Below are positions 9,079-17,532 of a DNA stretch of 64,000 bases, piece after piece; within the stretch, counting starts at the first letter, position 1, and each line of letters begins with the position of its first letter. The stretch is from positions 3,254 through 67,253 of the forward strand of contig JBMFNP010000003.1 in NCBI GenBank assembly GCA_049970095.1. The letters are read 5' to 3'. The stretch comes from Thermoplasmata archaeon. GTDB lineage: Archaea > Thermoplasmatota > Thermoplasmata > Lutacidiplasmatales > SKW197. The position numbers and the translations under genes were made by a program. Under the pieces are notes generated by a model that saw only the letters and a list, made by a program, of their open reading frames with translations, searched no databases and was not told the DNA's origin.

Positions 9079-10254
9079 ATGATTACAGTCAGTGAGAAGT
9101 GCATCGGTTGCGGAATCTGTGCAAAAACCTGCCCCTTTGGAGCGATTACAATTGTTGAAAAGAGGGCTGTAATAGGGGATGCATGTGTGCTCTGCGGTGC
9201 ATGTGTTCAGGTATGTCCTGTGAAGGCAATTTCAATAGAAAGGAAGGGAAAGGTTGTTGACTTTTCAAATTATAGGGATGTCTGGGTATTTGCAGAGTGT
9301 GATGAGGGTAAGTTGAAGAATGTTGCACTGGAACTCCTTACAAAAGCCAGGGAACTTGCAGACAGCTTGCATCAGAAAGTGGGTGCAATTTTGATGGGTA
9401 CAAATGTCCAGGAAAATATTCCAGTACTTGAAAAGTTTGGTGCAGATATTGTGTATGTGGCTGAGCATAAGATGCTGGAACCCTACACAACAGATGGATA
9501 TGCACCTGTGATTATAGGTATGATTTCAAAATACAATCCCAACATTGTACTTTTCCCTGCAACAAAGGTAGGGAGAGATCTTGCACCGAGGATTGCGGCA
9601 GCACTCGGGCTCGGGCTAACTGCGGACTGCACAGGTTTGAGCATAAAGGACGGTTTACTTCTCCAGACAAGACCTGCATTTGGTGGAAATGTGATGGCAG
9701 ATATTCTATGCCCGCACACAAGACCGCAGATGGCTACTGTAAGACCCAATGTATTCAAAAAGGCAGAGCATCCGAGAAAGGCAGAGCTTGTTAAAGTTCC
9801 TGTTGACATAAAGGAGCACACGATAAGGACAATTGTGAAGGAAATTGTAAAGACCACAACGCCTGGGATGAAGAAAATTGATGAAGCGGATGTGGTTGTT
9901 TCTGGTGGTAGAGGCATCGGATCAAAGGAGGGGTTCAAAATTCTTGAAGAACTTGCAGAACTCCTTGGCGGTGCTGTGGGCGCCTCTCGTGCGGCTGTTG
10001 ACCTTGGGTGGATGCCTAAATCCCAGCAGGTTGGACAGAGCGGAATTACTGTGGCACCTAAACTGTACATAGCATGTGGAATCAGTGGCACAATCCAGCA
10101 TCTGGTTGGAATGAAGGACTCAAAGGTAATAATTGCGATAAACAAGGATCCAGAGGCTCCCATCTTTAATGTGGCAGACTATGGTATTGTGGGTGACTAC
10201 CAGAAGGTGGTTCCGCTCCTGATTGAGGAATTGAGAAGAGCGCTGAAAAAATGA
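9079..10254 (+). CDS. etfA: electron transfer flavoprotein alpha subunit with N-terminal 2x[4Fe-4S] ferredoxin domain
   Basis: Two CxxCxxCxxxCP motifs are present ('CIGCGICAKTCP', 'CVLCGACVQVCP'). The rest is an EtfA/FixB body ('VVSGGRGIG', 'LYIACGISGTIQHLVG'). Confidence 0.85.
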   Translation: MITVSEKCIGCGICAKTCPFGAITIVEKRAVIGDACVLCGACVQVCPVKAISIERKGKVVDFSNYRDVWVFAECDEGKLKNVALELLTKARELADSLHQKVGAILMGTNVQENIPVLEKFGADIVYVAEHKMLEPYTTDGYAPVIIGMISKYNPNIVLFPATKVGRDLAPRIAAALGLGLTADCTGLSIKDGLLLQTRPAFGGNVMADILCPHTRPQMATVRPNVFKKAEHPRKAELVKVPVDIKEHTIRTIVKEIVKTTTPGMKKIDEADVVVSGGRGIGSKEGFKILEELAELLGGAVGASRAAVDLGWMPKSQQVGQSGITVAPKLYIACGISGTIQHLVGMKDSKVIIAINKDPEAPIFNVADYGIVGDYQKVVPLLIEELRRALKK

Positions 10255-11051
10255 ATGTACTAATAATTGGATGTGGTGCAATCGGAACTGCAATTACCCG
10301 TGCGCTACAGCATAACCCGAAGATAGAGAAAATTTTTCTGATTGATAACAAGGAGGAGTATATCCGTCTGCTGAGCGAAAAATATGACAAGGCTATGGGT
10401 TGCAAATTTCCTGATGTGCTTTCGGAAGTGCATCTGGCTATAGAGTGTGCATCCCAGAGTGCTGTTGCCCAGTATGTGCCCACAGTACTTGAGCGTGGTG
10501 TGGATGTGCTCGTTCTTAGCGTAGGTGCGCTTGCAGATGATGGACTGAGGGAAAAAATTTTTGAAATTGCAAACGCTAGAAACGCAAGGATTTACATTCC
10601 CTCTGGTGCGATTGCGGGAATTGATGCTGTGTGTGCAGTCAAAGGCGAAGGCATCTATGAAACCCTGCTCGAAACACGCAAGCCACCTTCTGCCTTTGAG
10701 GAAAAGGTCCTTGCAGAAAATGGACTAAATAGGGTTTCAATAAAAACGCCAGTAACAATTTATGAGGGAACTGCAAGAGATGCTGTGAAAAAATTTCCGA
10801 AAAATATCAATGTGGCTGCAACGCTTTCGCTCGCAGGCATGGGATTTGACAAGACAAAAGTGAGAATTGTAGTTGACCCTGGAATAAGCACCAACATCCA
10901 CAGAATTTTTGTGAAGGGAGATTTCGGCGAAATGATACTTGAAACCAGAAACAAGCCATTTCCACATAATCCAAAAACCAGTTATCTGGCAGCACTCTCT
11001 GCCATCAATGCAGTAAGAAAAATTACAGAAAATGTGTGGGTGGGTGTGTGA
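10251..11051 (+). CDS. nadX: L-aspartate dehydrogenase
   Basis: The N-terminal Rossmann segment is 'MNVLIIGCGAIGTAI'. Length and organisation match NadX. The start overlaps the etfA stop. Confidence 0.7.
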   Translation: MNVLIIGCGAIGTAITRALQHNPKIEKIFLIDNKEEYIRLLSEKYDKAMGCKFPDVLSEVHLAIECASQSAVAQYVPTVLERGVDVLVLSVGALADDGLREKIFEIANARNARIYIPSGAIAGIDAVCAVKGEGIYETLLETRKPPSAFEEKVLAENGLNRVSIKTPVTIYEGTARDAVKKFPKNINVAATLSLAGMGFDKTKVRIVVDPGISTNIHRIFVKGDFGEMILETRNKPFPHNPKTSYLAALSAINAVRKITENVWVGV

Positions 11052-12895
11052 TGCGCAGTTTAAGGAGTTTTGAAGGAGGAATTTTTGGTTTTCTTCTCCT
11101 GCTTGCTCTCATTCCATCAACATCTTGTATTATTGACTGGGAGAATAATACTGATCTTTCGGTGGAAAATGCGAGCCTGTTCAGAAAGCCAGGAGAACTT
11201 TCAGAAACTTCAACAGGAAATCTCACAGAGTTTCTGGCAAATGCCTATTTCATAGATGTGAGTGCGAAACTCGGGCTTCATCTGGGTGAAAACAACAACC
11301 GCACATTTTTATACCCAGTTTGTGCGAATAATTCTACATGGTTATATTCCCTCACGGACCAGAATGGTGTCCTGCTCACCTATCCCCATATTTACGATGG
11401 CACAAATGTTACCAACATAACAGAGAATGTTAGAAATGTCACACTTCCGAGAACGCCAGGCGAGGTTTACGGTGTGGGATGGAATGGAACACACTGGCTC
11501 ATAGGGGGAACCTGCAGGGACGGTGAAGGTTATCCCTATCTGGTTTCCTATGATGGTATCAATTTCACAAATATAAATCTGACAAATTCTCCATTTGGCA
11601 GGTTTACATGGGGTGCAATCTGCTCAGTAGTATGGAACGGCACGCACTGGCTGATAGCAGACACAGAGCACACCCTCGCACTATTTGATGGTCTCAACTT
11701 CACAAATCTTACACCCAAACTTGAGGCACTTGGATGGAGCATGCCCAGTCACTGGACAAGGGAACAACACATGAGTATTGGATGGAATGGAACACACTGG
11801 CTGATTATGGTTGGAAATGCAAGCAACAATGCAACATCTTACAAACCAGCAAACATTGTGCTTTGGGATGGTGCGGAGAACTGGACAGACCTCACACTTG
11901 AATTAAATCTTCCTGTGTGGGATATCGGCACTTACAGGATTGCATGGAATGGGGAGTTCTGGCTCTTTGGCACAGCGGAGAGTTCCTGGGATAACTACGG
12001 CATTCCATCGCCACCTGATAGCCAGGTAATTAAGTTTGATGGTAGGAATTTTTATCGGATAGGAAATCTGTTTGCAAATTCTACAGACATCTCAGATGTG
12101 ATATGGAATGGAAAGTATTTTCTTATTGTTGGCTGGAACCATACCAGAAATGTTACGGGTTTAGAAAATTATACAGAAACGCAGGTTTATCTCTGGGATG
12201 GGCAAAATGCACCGGTAGAAATCACACACAGAATAGAATCTGATGTTGGCTATCTCAAAGCCCAGTATGCACTCTGCGGCGGTTTTGCCGCACTTTCTCT
12301 AGATGGTAGGTGCTGGCTCATTGGGGGTGTGAAATCCCAGTTTCCACATAAGTATGCACTTCCTCAAATTCTGGAGACAAATGTAAGCGAGGAGGTTTTG
12401 CTCGGAAAAGAAAGGGCAAGTGATGTGGATGGTGGTTATCTTGTTAACTGGACATGGGATATCTGCGGTGATAAACAGTATGGAGATGCAAAAATAAACA
12501 TTTCAGAGCCAGGTATTTATAACTGTTCTCTCACCACAACAGACAATGATGCCCAGGTATTTGTGTATAATTTTACAGTTGTGGTGCATGGTGGCTGGCT
12601 TAACGGGAGTGTTCACCCTGAAAATGCAACTGTTTTTGTTGATGGTATCCCTGTTAGTACCTCATCTGGGCATTTTAACATTTCCCTTAAACCAGGTTCG
12701 CACACTGTGAATGTTTCATGTGCTGGCTATTCTGATTACAATCAAACAGTGCTCATCGGGGATTTTGCAGAAACGCAGATGGAGATTGTGCTTACCCCAC
12801 TGCTAGAGTTTGCAGTACATCCCTTTTTCCTAATGATCCTGTGGATTGCTAGCTATCTTATGTGCTGTAGGAAATGGCGGATTGCTCTGCGGTAA
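11051..12895 (+). CDS. secreted, heavily N-glycosylation-sequon-rich repeat protein (WNGTHWLI repeats) with C-terminal TM anchor
   Basis: There is a signal peptide after the ATG at 11051 (TGATG overlap with the nadX stop). The motif 'WNG(T/E/K)(H/F/Y)WLI' recurs 5 times at roughly 45-60 aa spacing, suggesting a propeller. There are dozens of N-x-S/T sites. The C-terminus has a hydrophobic helix followed by 'CCRKWR'. Confidence 0.6.
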   Translation: MRSLRSFEGGIFGFLLLLALIPSTSCIIDWENNTDLSVENASLFRKPGELSETSTGNLTEFLANAYFIDVSAKLGLHLGENNNRTFLYPVCANNSTWLYSLTDQNGVLLTYPHIYDGTNVTNITENVRNVTLPRTPGEVYGVGWNGTHWLIGGTCRDGEGYPYLVSYDGINFTNINLTNSPFGRFTWGAICSVVWNGTHWLIADTEHTLALFDGLNFTNLTPKLEALGWSMPSHWTREQHMSIGWNGTHWLIMVGNASNNATSYKPANIVLWDGAENWTDLTLELNLPVWDIGTYRIAWNGEFWLFGTAESSWDNYGIPSPPDSQVIKFDGRNFYRIGNLFANSTDISDVIWNGKYFLIVGWNHTRNVTGLENYTETQVYLWDGQNAPVEITHRIESDVGYLKAQYALCGGFAALSLDGRCWLIGGVKSQFPHKYALPQILETNVSEEVLLGKERASDVDGGYLVNWTWDICGDKQYGDAKINISEPGIYNCSLTTTDNDAQVFVYNFTVVVHGGWLNGSVHPENATVFVDGIPVSTSSGHFNISLKPGSHTVNVSCAGYSDYNQTVLIGDFAETQMEIVLTPLLEFAVHPFFLMILWIASYLMCCRKWRIALR

Positions 12896-12917
12896 AACCT
12901 GGGCATTCCCAATGCCC

Positions 12918-13847
12918 TTAGTGCTCAATCAACTTTAACAGGATTGCCTTCTGGACATGTAATCTGTTTTCAGCTTCATCAAACACTACAGATTGGTTGC
13001 TATCCAAAACCTCATCAGTGACTTCATAGCCCCGATGTGCAGGAAGGCAGTGCATGAAAATACAGTCCTTCTTTGCCTTCTTCAGTAATTTCATGTTCAC
13101 CTGATAGGGCTTGAAAATCTTTTCCCTTTTCTCTTTCTCAGCTTCATCCCCCATTGATACCCACACATCTGTATAAATTATATCTGCGTCTTTCACTGCT
13201 TTCTCTGGCTCCTCAATTATCTCAATGGTTTTGCCTTTTTTCTTTGCTATGCTCTTAGCCTTCTCTAAGATTTTGCTGTTTGGGTAGTAGGCTTCTGGGC
13301 AGCATGCAACCATGTCCATACCTACAATTGCTGCACCTAACAGAAGGGAGTTGCACACATTGTTTCCGTCACCTACATAAACCAATTTCAGTCCCTCAAA
13401 ACCTCCTTTGTGTTCCTTTATTGTCATGAGGTCTGCAGCACACTGGCACGGATGCTCTAGGTTGTCAAGAGCATTGATCACAGGTACTGTTGCATTTTCA
13501 GCCAGTTCAACCATCATGTTGTGGTCAAATGCCCTGTAGACAATAGCATCTACATACCTTGAGAGTACCTTTGCTGTATCCGCAATTGTTTCCCCCCTGC
13601 CCAGCTGCATGTCTTTGGGGCTGAGATAGAGAGCATGCCCTCCCAGTTGTGTGATTCCTACTTCAAACGAAACCCTTGTTCTTGTACTGGGCTTTTCAAA
13701 AATCATTCCAATACTGCGATTTTTTAATGGCTCCAGAACCTCATGGTTCTTTGTTTTTGCCTTTAATGTCAATGCTTCCTCAATAAGTTCATGCAGATAA
13801 TCTTCCATATCCAGCACAGAAATCAAATCCTTCTTCATGGCAATCAC
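12918..13847 (-). CDS. argF: ornithine carbamoyltransferase
   Basis: All three OTCase motifs are present: 'STRTR', 'DVWVSMGDE' (SMG) and 'HCLPAHRG'. Confidence 0.85.
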   Translation of the reverse strand: MIAMKKDLISVLDMEDYLHELIEEALTLKAKTKNHEVLEPLKNRSIGMIFEKPSTRTRVSFEVGITQLGGHALYLSPKDMQLGRGETIADTAKVLSRYVDAIVYRAFDHNMMVELAENATVPVINALDNLEHPCQCAADLMTIKEHKGGFEGLKLVYVGDGNNVCNSLLLGAAIVGMDMVACCPEAYYPNSKILEKAKSIAKKKGKTIEIIEEPEKAVKDADIIYTDVWVSMGDEAEKEKREKIFKPYQVNMKLLKKAKKDCIFMHCLPAHRGYEVTDEVLDSNQSVVFDEAENRLHVQKAILLKLIEH

Positions 13848-13950
13848 CTGATATCCTTAACTTGAAATTGGATATATATTTTACGCCAGAACTCCAACTC
13901 CCAAAAATTTTATTTACAAGGTTGCATATGGGGTAGGGGAGTATGGGAAT

Positions 13951-14496
13951 ATGGCAACAATCAAAGTGAAATGTCCCAAGTGCGGCATAGAAATGGATGC
14001 ACCGGATAACCTGGATCGCGTTTTCTGCCTTGGGTGTGGCACCCCGATTAATGTGAAGGAAGGCACTGCAAGTGCTGATGGGCTGGAAAGATGCAGCAGG
14101 TGTGGAAATATAATCTCACTTGAGAATAGAAAGCACAAGTGCTCAGTTTGCGGAAATGAATTCTGTGAAATGTGTCCAGTGCCACATATCCCGCCAGAAA
14201 ATGACAAGATTACTGTAGATGTGCATTACAGATACAGGTTCTACAGCGAGACTAGATGGTTTGTGGATGTTGCTCATTTCCCGGAGAGTTTGCCAAACCC
14301 GCTCTGCCAGAACTGTTATGAAAATGAATTTGAGAAGGCGATTCAGAAGGCAAAAACGAAGATAAAGGCATGGAGAATAGAACTGGGAAAGGATGAGGAA
14401 GTCAAAATCCTGAAAGAGGAGTATCCACAGCCAAAGAAAAAGAAACTTGAAACCGCTAGAGAATTTCTGAAGATGATTTCCAGCGGTGAAGAGTGA
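13951..14496 (+). CDS. zinc-ribbon protein (three CxxC...CxxC knuckles), function unknown
   Basis: The knuckles are 'CPKCG...CLGCG', 'CSRCG...CSVCGNEFCEMC' and 'CQNC'. The C-terminus is a basic coiled tail. Confidence 0.5.
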   Translation: MATIKVKCPKCGIEMDAPDNLDRVFCLGCGTPINVKEGTASADGLERCSRCGNIISLENRKHKCSVCGNEFCEMCPVPHIPPENDKITVDVHYRYRFYSETRWFVDVAHFPESLPNPLCQNCYENEFEKAIQKAKTKIKAWRIELGKDEEVKILKEEYPQPKKKKLETAREFLKMISSGEE

Positions 14497-15716
14497 TGGA
14501 AAAAACCCACATTCTTTCTGCTGCAGAGGATTTCAGGGCTGAAAGTGTGGCTTTGATGCGGAGACTTGTGGCAATTCCCGCAATTGCCCCTGAGAATGGT
14601 GGCGATGGAGAATATACAAAGGCGAAATTCCTTCTGAATTATCTGGACAGAATAGGGTTTGATGAACTTAAATGGTATGATGCAAAGGATATGCGCGTGA
14701 GCAATAACTATCGCCCGAACATTGTTGCAAAAATTTACGGGAAAAACAGGGAACGCACTATATGGTTCATATCACATCTGGATATCGTACCTCCTGGTGA
14801 ACTTTCAAAATGGGATACAAATCCCTATGAGTGCGTTGAAAAGGATGGAAAACTCTATGGGAGGGGTACAGAGGATAACGGTCAGGCAATTGTTTCTACC
14901 GTGATTGCTGCAAGAATTCTGAAAGAACTCTCAATTGTCCCTGATTACAACATGGGACTTGTATTTGCTGCTGATGAGGAGCAAGGAAGTAATTATGGAC
15001 TGAAATTTCTTGCTACCCAGGGAATATTTACAGAGAAGGATATGGCTGTGGTTCCAGATTATGGTAACCCTGAGGGTAGTGTGATAGAAGTGGCTGAAAA
15101 ATCAATTCTGTGGCTCAAATTCACGGTTGTTGGTAAACAGACACATGGTTCAAGACCTGACACAGGTATAAATGCACATAGGGCAGGTGCCTATTTCATA
15201 TGCGAACTGGATAGGGGGCTGAAAAAGAAATTCAATAAGGTAAATGAAATTTTTGAGCCATCAGTTTCCACTTTTGAGGTCACGAAGAAGGAAGCGAATG
15301 TACCCAATATAAATACAATCCCGGGCAACGATGTGTTTTACTTTGATATGCGCATACTTCCCGAGTATGCACTGGATGCTGTGCTTGAGTATGTGAAAAA
15401 GATTGCTACAAAAATTGAGAAGAAATTTAATGTGAAAATCAGTTTTGAGGCGGTGAACCAGGAAAATGCTGCACCTCCAACACCTGTTGATAGCGAAGTT
15501 TACCAGCGGCTGGCTGGCGCAATTACAGAATTGCGGGGAATAAAACCAAGGGCTGTGGGTGTTGGTGGAGGTACATGTGCTGCAATTTTGCGGAAACAGG
15601 GCATCCATTCAGTGGTCTGGGAAACACTGGATGAAAAGGCACATGAAATAAACGAGTACGCCTGGATTAAGAACATAATCGGAGATGCAGCGGTGTTTGT
15701 TAGAATGATGGTATAG
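14496..15716 (+). CDS. M20-family metallopeptidase/deacylase (ArgE/DapE-like)
   Basis: 'ISHLDIVPPG', 'GTEDNGQA' and 'AADEEQGS' are the M20 metal-binding motifs. Proximity to argF suggests an acetylornithine-deacetylase-type role. The ATG at 14496 overlaps the upstream stop. Confidence 0.75.
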   Translation: MEKTHILSAAEDFRAESVALMRRLVAIPAIAPENGGDGEYTKAKFLLNYLDRIGFDELKWYDAKDMRVSNNYRPNIVAKIYGKNRERTIWFISHLDIVPPGELSKWDTNPYECVEKDGKLYGRGTEDNGQAIVSTVIAARILKELSIVPDYNMGLVFAADEEQGSNYGLKFLATQGIFTEKDMAVVPDYGNPEGSVIEVAEKSILWLKFTVVGKQTHGSRPDTGINAHRAGAYFICELDRGLKKKFNKVNEIFEPSVSTFEVTKKEANVPNINTIPGNDVFYFDMRILPEYALDAVLEYVKKIATKIEKKFNVKISFEAVNQENAAPPTPVDSEVYQRLAGAITELRGIKPRAVGVGGGTCAAILRKQGIHSVVWETLDEKAHEINEYAWIKNIIGDAAVFVRMMV

Positions 15717-15743
15717 GATATCTCTGACCAGTTGCAGAAGTCA

Positions 15744-16709
15744 TCATTCCATAGCAAGATACGGAGAGTACCTCAGAACATTTTCCATGTTTTTTTGTGC
15801 TTCCCAGACGCTTTTGCATTCGCAGGTGTAGGAAAGCACATCAGGTTCCTGCGTGAGATTATACTTCTTGAGAAGGTTGTTGCAATGCTCATCACATTTT
15901 CCGCAATTATGAATTCCTCGCTTTTTTCCACTACCAGATGGATGGGAAATCACGGGAATTCTGATGGTTTCCCTTGCCTTCTTCAGCACCTCAAAAATTG
16001 ACCAGAACCATGGAGCCCTGTATTCATCTCTCAGAAACATTTTTTCCAGAAATGTGCCTTTCTGCACATTCACAGGATTTACGGAAATCACATCCGCATA
16101 CTTTGCAGCAACCTGAATTGATCTCAGTGTGTCCTCTATAGCTTCTGCTTCTGTGAGAAATGGGGGTTTCAGAAGGAGGTAAATTCTAACACGAATGCCT
16201 GCACTCCGCAACTTTTCTGCTGCATTCAAGTATTGTTGCACAGTCGTGCCTTTTCTTACACATTTATCTAGTACTGTCTGGCTAGCAGTTTCCATCCCTA
16301 GCGCAACTTCAAGTTCCTGACAGTGATGCATCAGCTGTAGTGCTCTTTCTGCGAATTCGGGGCGCGTTTCCACAAGCACACGCTGACACCTCTCCCCAAA
16401 TCTCTCCAAGATTTTTTCCTGTGTCTCCGTAGAAATTTCTGCGGTGTCAAAAAAACTTCCTGATGTATATATTTTCACAAATTCCTCATTCTGATAGGAT
16501 GAGAGTGCATTTTCCACCTGTGCAATGATCTGGGCATCTGTTATATCATCAGAGGATTCTGAGTTGTAGCCACACATTAGACAACCAGATTTCTTTGCCC
16601 AGAAACAACCCCTCGTGCGAAGTACCACCACAAAAACTCTTACAACTTTTCCATCAAGATTTTCCTTTTCATGCCAGATTGCAGCAGGAAATGTGTTATC
16701 TTTCATCAA
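15744..16709 (-). CDS. archaeal radical SAM protein with unusual Cx7Cx2C cluster motif
   Basis: The cluster is 'RGCFWAKKSGCLMCGYN'. A second Cys cluster sits at the C-terminus ('HNCGKCDEHC...CEC'). It resembles the exclusively archaeal TIGR01210-like group. A RaSEA-type (archaeosine) role is only a speculation. Confidence 0.6.
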   Translation of the reverse strand: MMKDNTFPAAIWHEKENLDGKVVRVFVVVLRTRGCFWAKKSGCLMCGYNSESSDDITDAQIIAQVENALSSYQNEEFVKIYTSGSFFDTAEISTETQEKILERFGERCQRVLVETRPEFAERALQLMHHCQELEVALGMETASQTVLDKCVRKGTTVQQYLNAAEKLRSAGIRVRIYLLLKPPFLTEAEAIEDTLRSIQVAAKYADVISVNPVNVQKGTFLEKMFLRDEYRAPWFWSIFEVLKKARETIRIPVISHPSGSGKKRGIHNCGKCDEHCNNLLKKYNLTQEPDVLSYTCECKSVWEAQKNMENVLRYSPYLAME

Positions 16710-17358
16710 TGTCCACCCTCACAATAACCCTGTCCCCGTCCTTTAGGTTCAGCACTTTTCTCAAATTATGCTTTGAAATTACTTCAAGAATATCGGTATA
16801 TGCAGAACGCTCTGGTATCACCACTGCGCATGGCAGTTCAAGAATTGTTGCCCTGAAACATTTAACATTCCCGTATGTTCTGTCCTTTTCCTGAAAACCT
16901 TTAATAAGAATTCCCGGGCGCTCCTTGAGTGCATAAAGCGCTGGTGTGCTTTCCTTCTCAAGTTTGATGTTCAGGGTGCCAGGGTATGGTGTGAACCCCA
17001 GGATTTCAAAAATCTGTTCCACATACTGCTCCTTGCCAAGATAAAATTTGCCTTCACCCATTCCTCTGCTCACATAACCCACGAATTCCAGACGACTTTT
17101 TCCCTGAAGAATGCTTTCCAGTTCTTTATACATTTTGAGAATTTCCATTTTACCTTTTTCTGTGATTCTTACTTTTGAACCTCTCCCGGACATTTTTGCG
17201 ATCAATTCCATTTCCGCAAGCTGTTTCAGATAGAGGGCACCTGATTGCTGGCTTTTTTCAAGGAGTTTGCCAAGTTCCTGGGTGGTTATTTCTACCCAGT
17301 CGTTCATACCCCCAAGTTCTGCAATTTTTTTGAGTGCAAAGAAGAGTTCAGGTTTCAT
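16696..17358 (-). CDS. rbkR: RbkR-like bifunctional regulator: N-terminal winged-HTH fused to CTP-dependent archaeal riboflavin kinase
   Basis: The N-terminal wHTH is 'MKPELFFALKKIAELGG...'. Kinase motifs are 'GYVSRGMGEGKFYL' and 'YPGTLNIKL' (MJ0056 type). The likely start is the Met at 17358. The track start (GTG at 17421) is probably an over-extension. Confidence 0.75.
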   Translation of the reverse strand: MKPELFFALKKIAELGGMNDWVEITTQELGKLLEKSQQSGALYLKQLAEMELIAKMSGRGSKVRITEKGKMEILKMYKELESILQGKSRLEFVGYVSRGMGEGKFYLGKEQYVEQIFEILGFTPYPGTLNIKLEKESTPALYALKERPGILIKGFQEKDRTYGNVKCFRATILELPCAVVIPERSAYTDILEVISKHNLRKVLNLKDGDRVIVRVDIDER

Positions 17359-17428
17359 CGGAATATGCAAGGCAGAGTGGGTATATATAATTTGAGCCTC
17401 ATATGTGCCAGTCTTCAACACAGCAAAC

Positions 17429-17445
17429 TTCTATTGCGCATAGAA
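17429..17445. promoter_or_regulatory. palindrome TTCTA-N7-TAGAA (central TGCGCA), candidate operator
   Basis: It lies about 70-85 bp upstream of the rbkR start, with a TATA-like 'ATTATATATA' on the minus strand in between. It is also about 90 bp upstream of the divergent giant surface-protein gene. Confidence 0.35.
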
Positions 17446-17532
17446 AAATACCGCCATTATGTATGAAATTTATAGACTACACACCGCTCCAAATAACAAC
17501 CCATATAAACTACCTCATATATTCATGAAAAC

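Noticed and set aside
9483-10163. 226-aa minus-strand ORF and several other antisense ORFs over 60 aa inside etfA, acdA, top6B and rad50
   Set aside because: They lie fully within well-supported genes on the opposite strand, with Pro/Ser-rich low-complexity translations.
11036-11050. GTG start at 11036 for the WNGTHWLI-repeat protein
   Set aside because: The ATG at 11051 gives a clean signal peptide and a TGATG overlap with nadX. The 5 extra residues 'MGGCV' add nothing.
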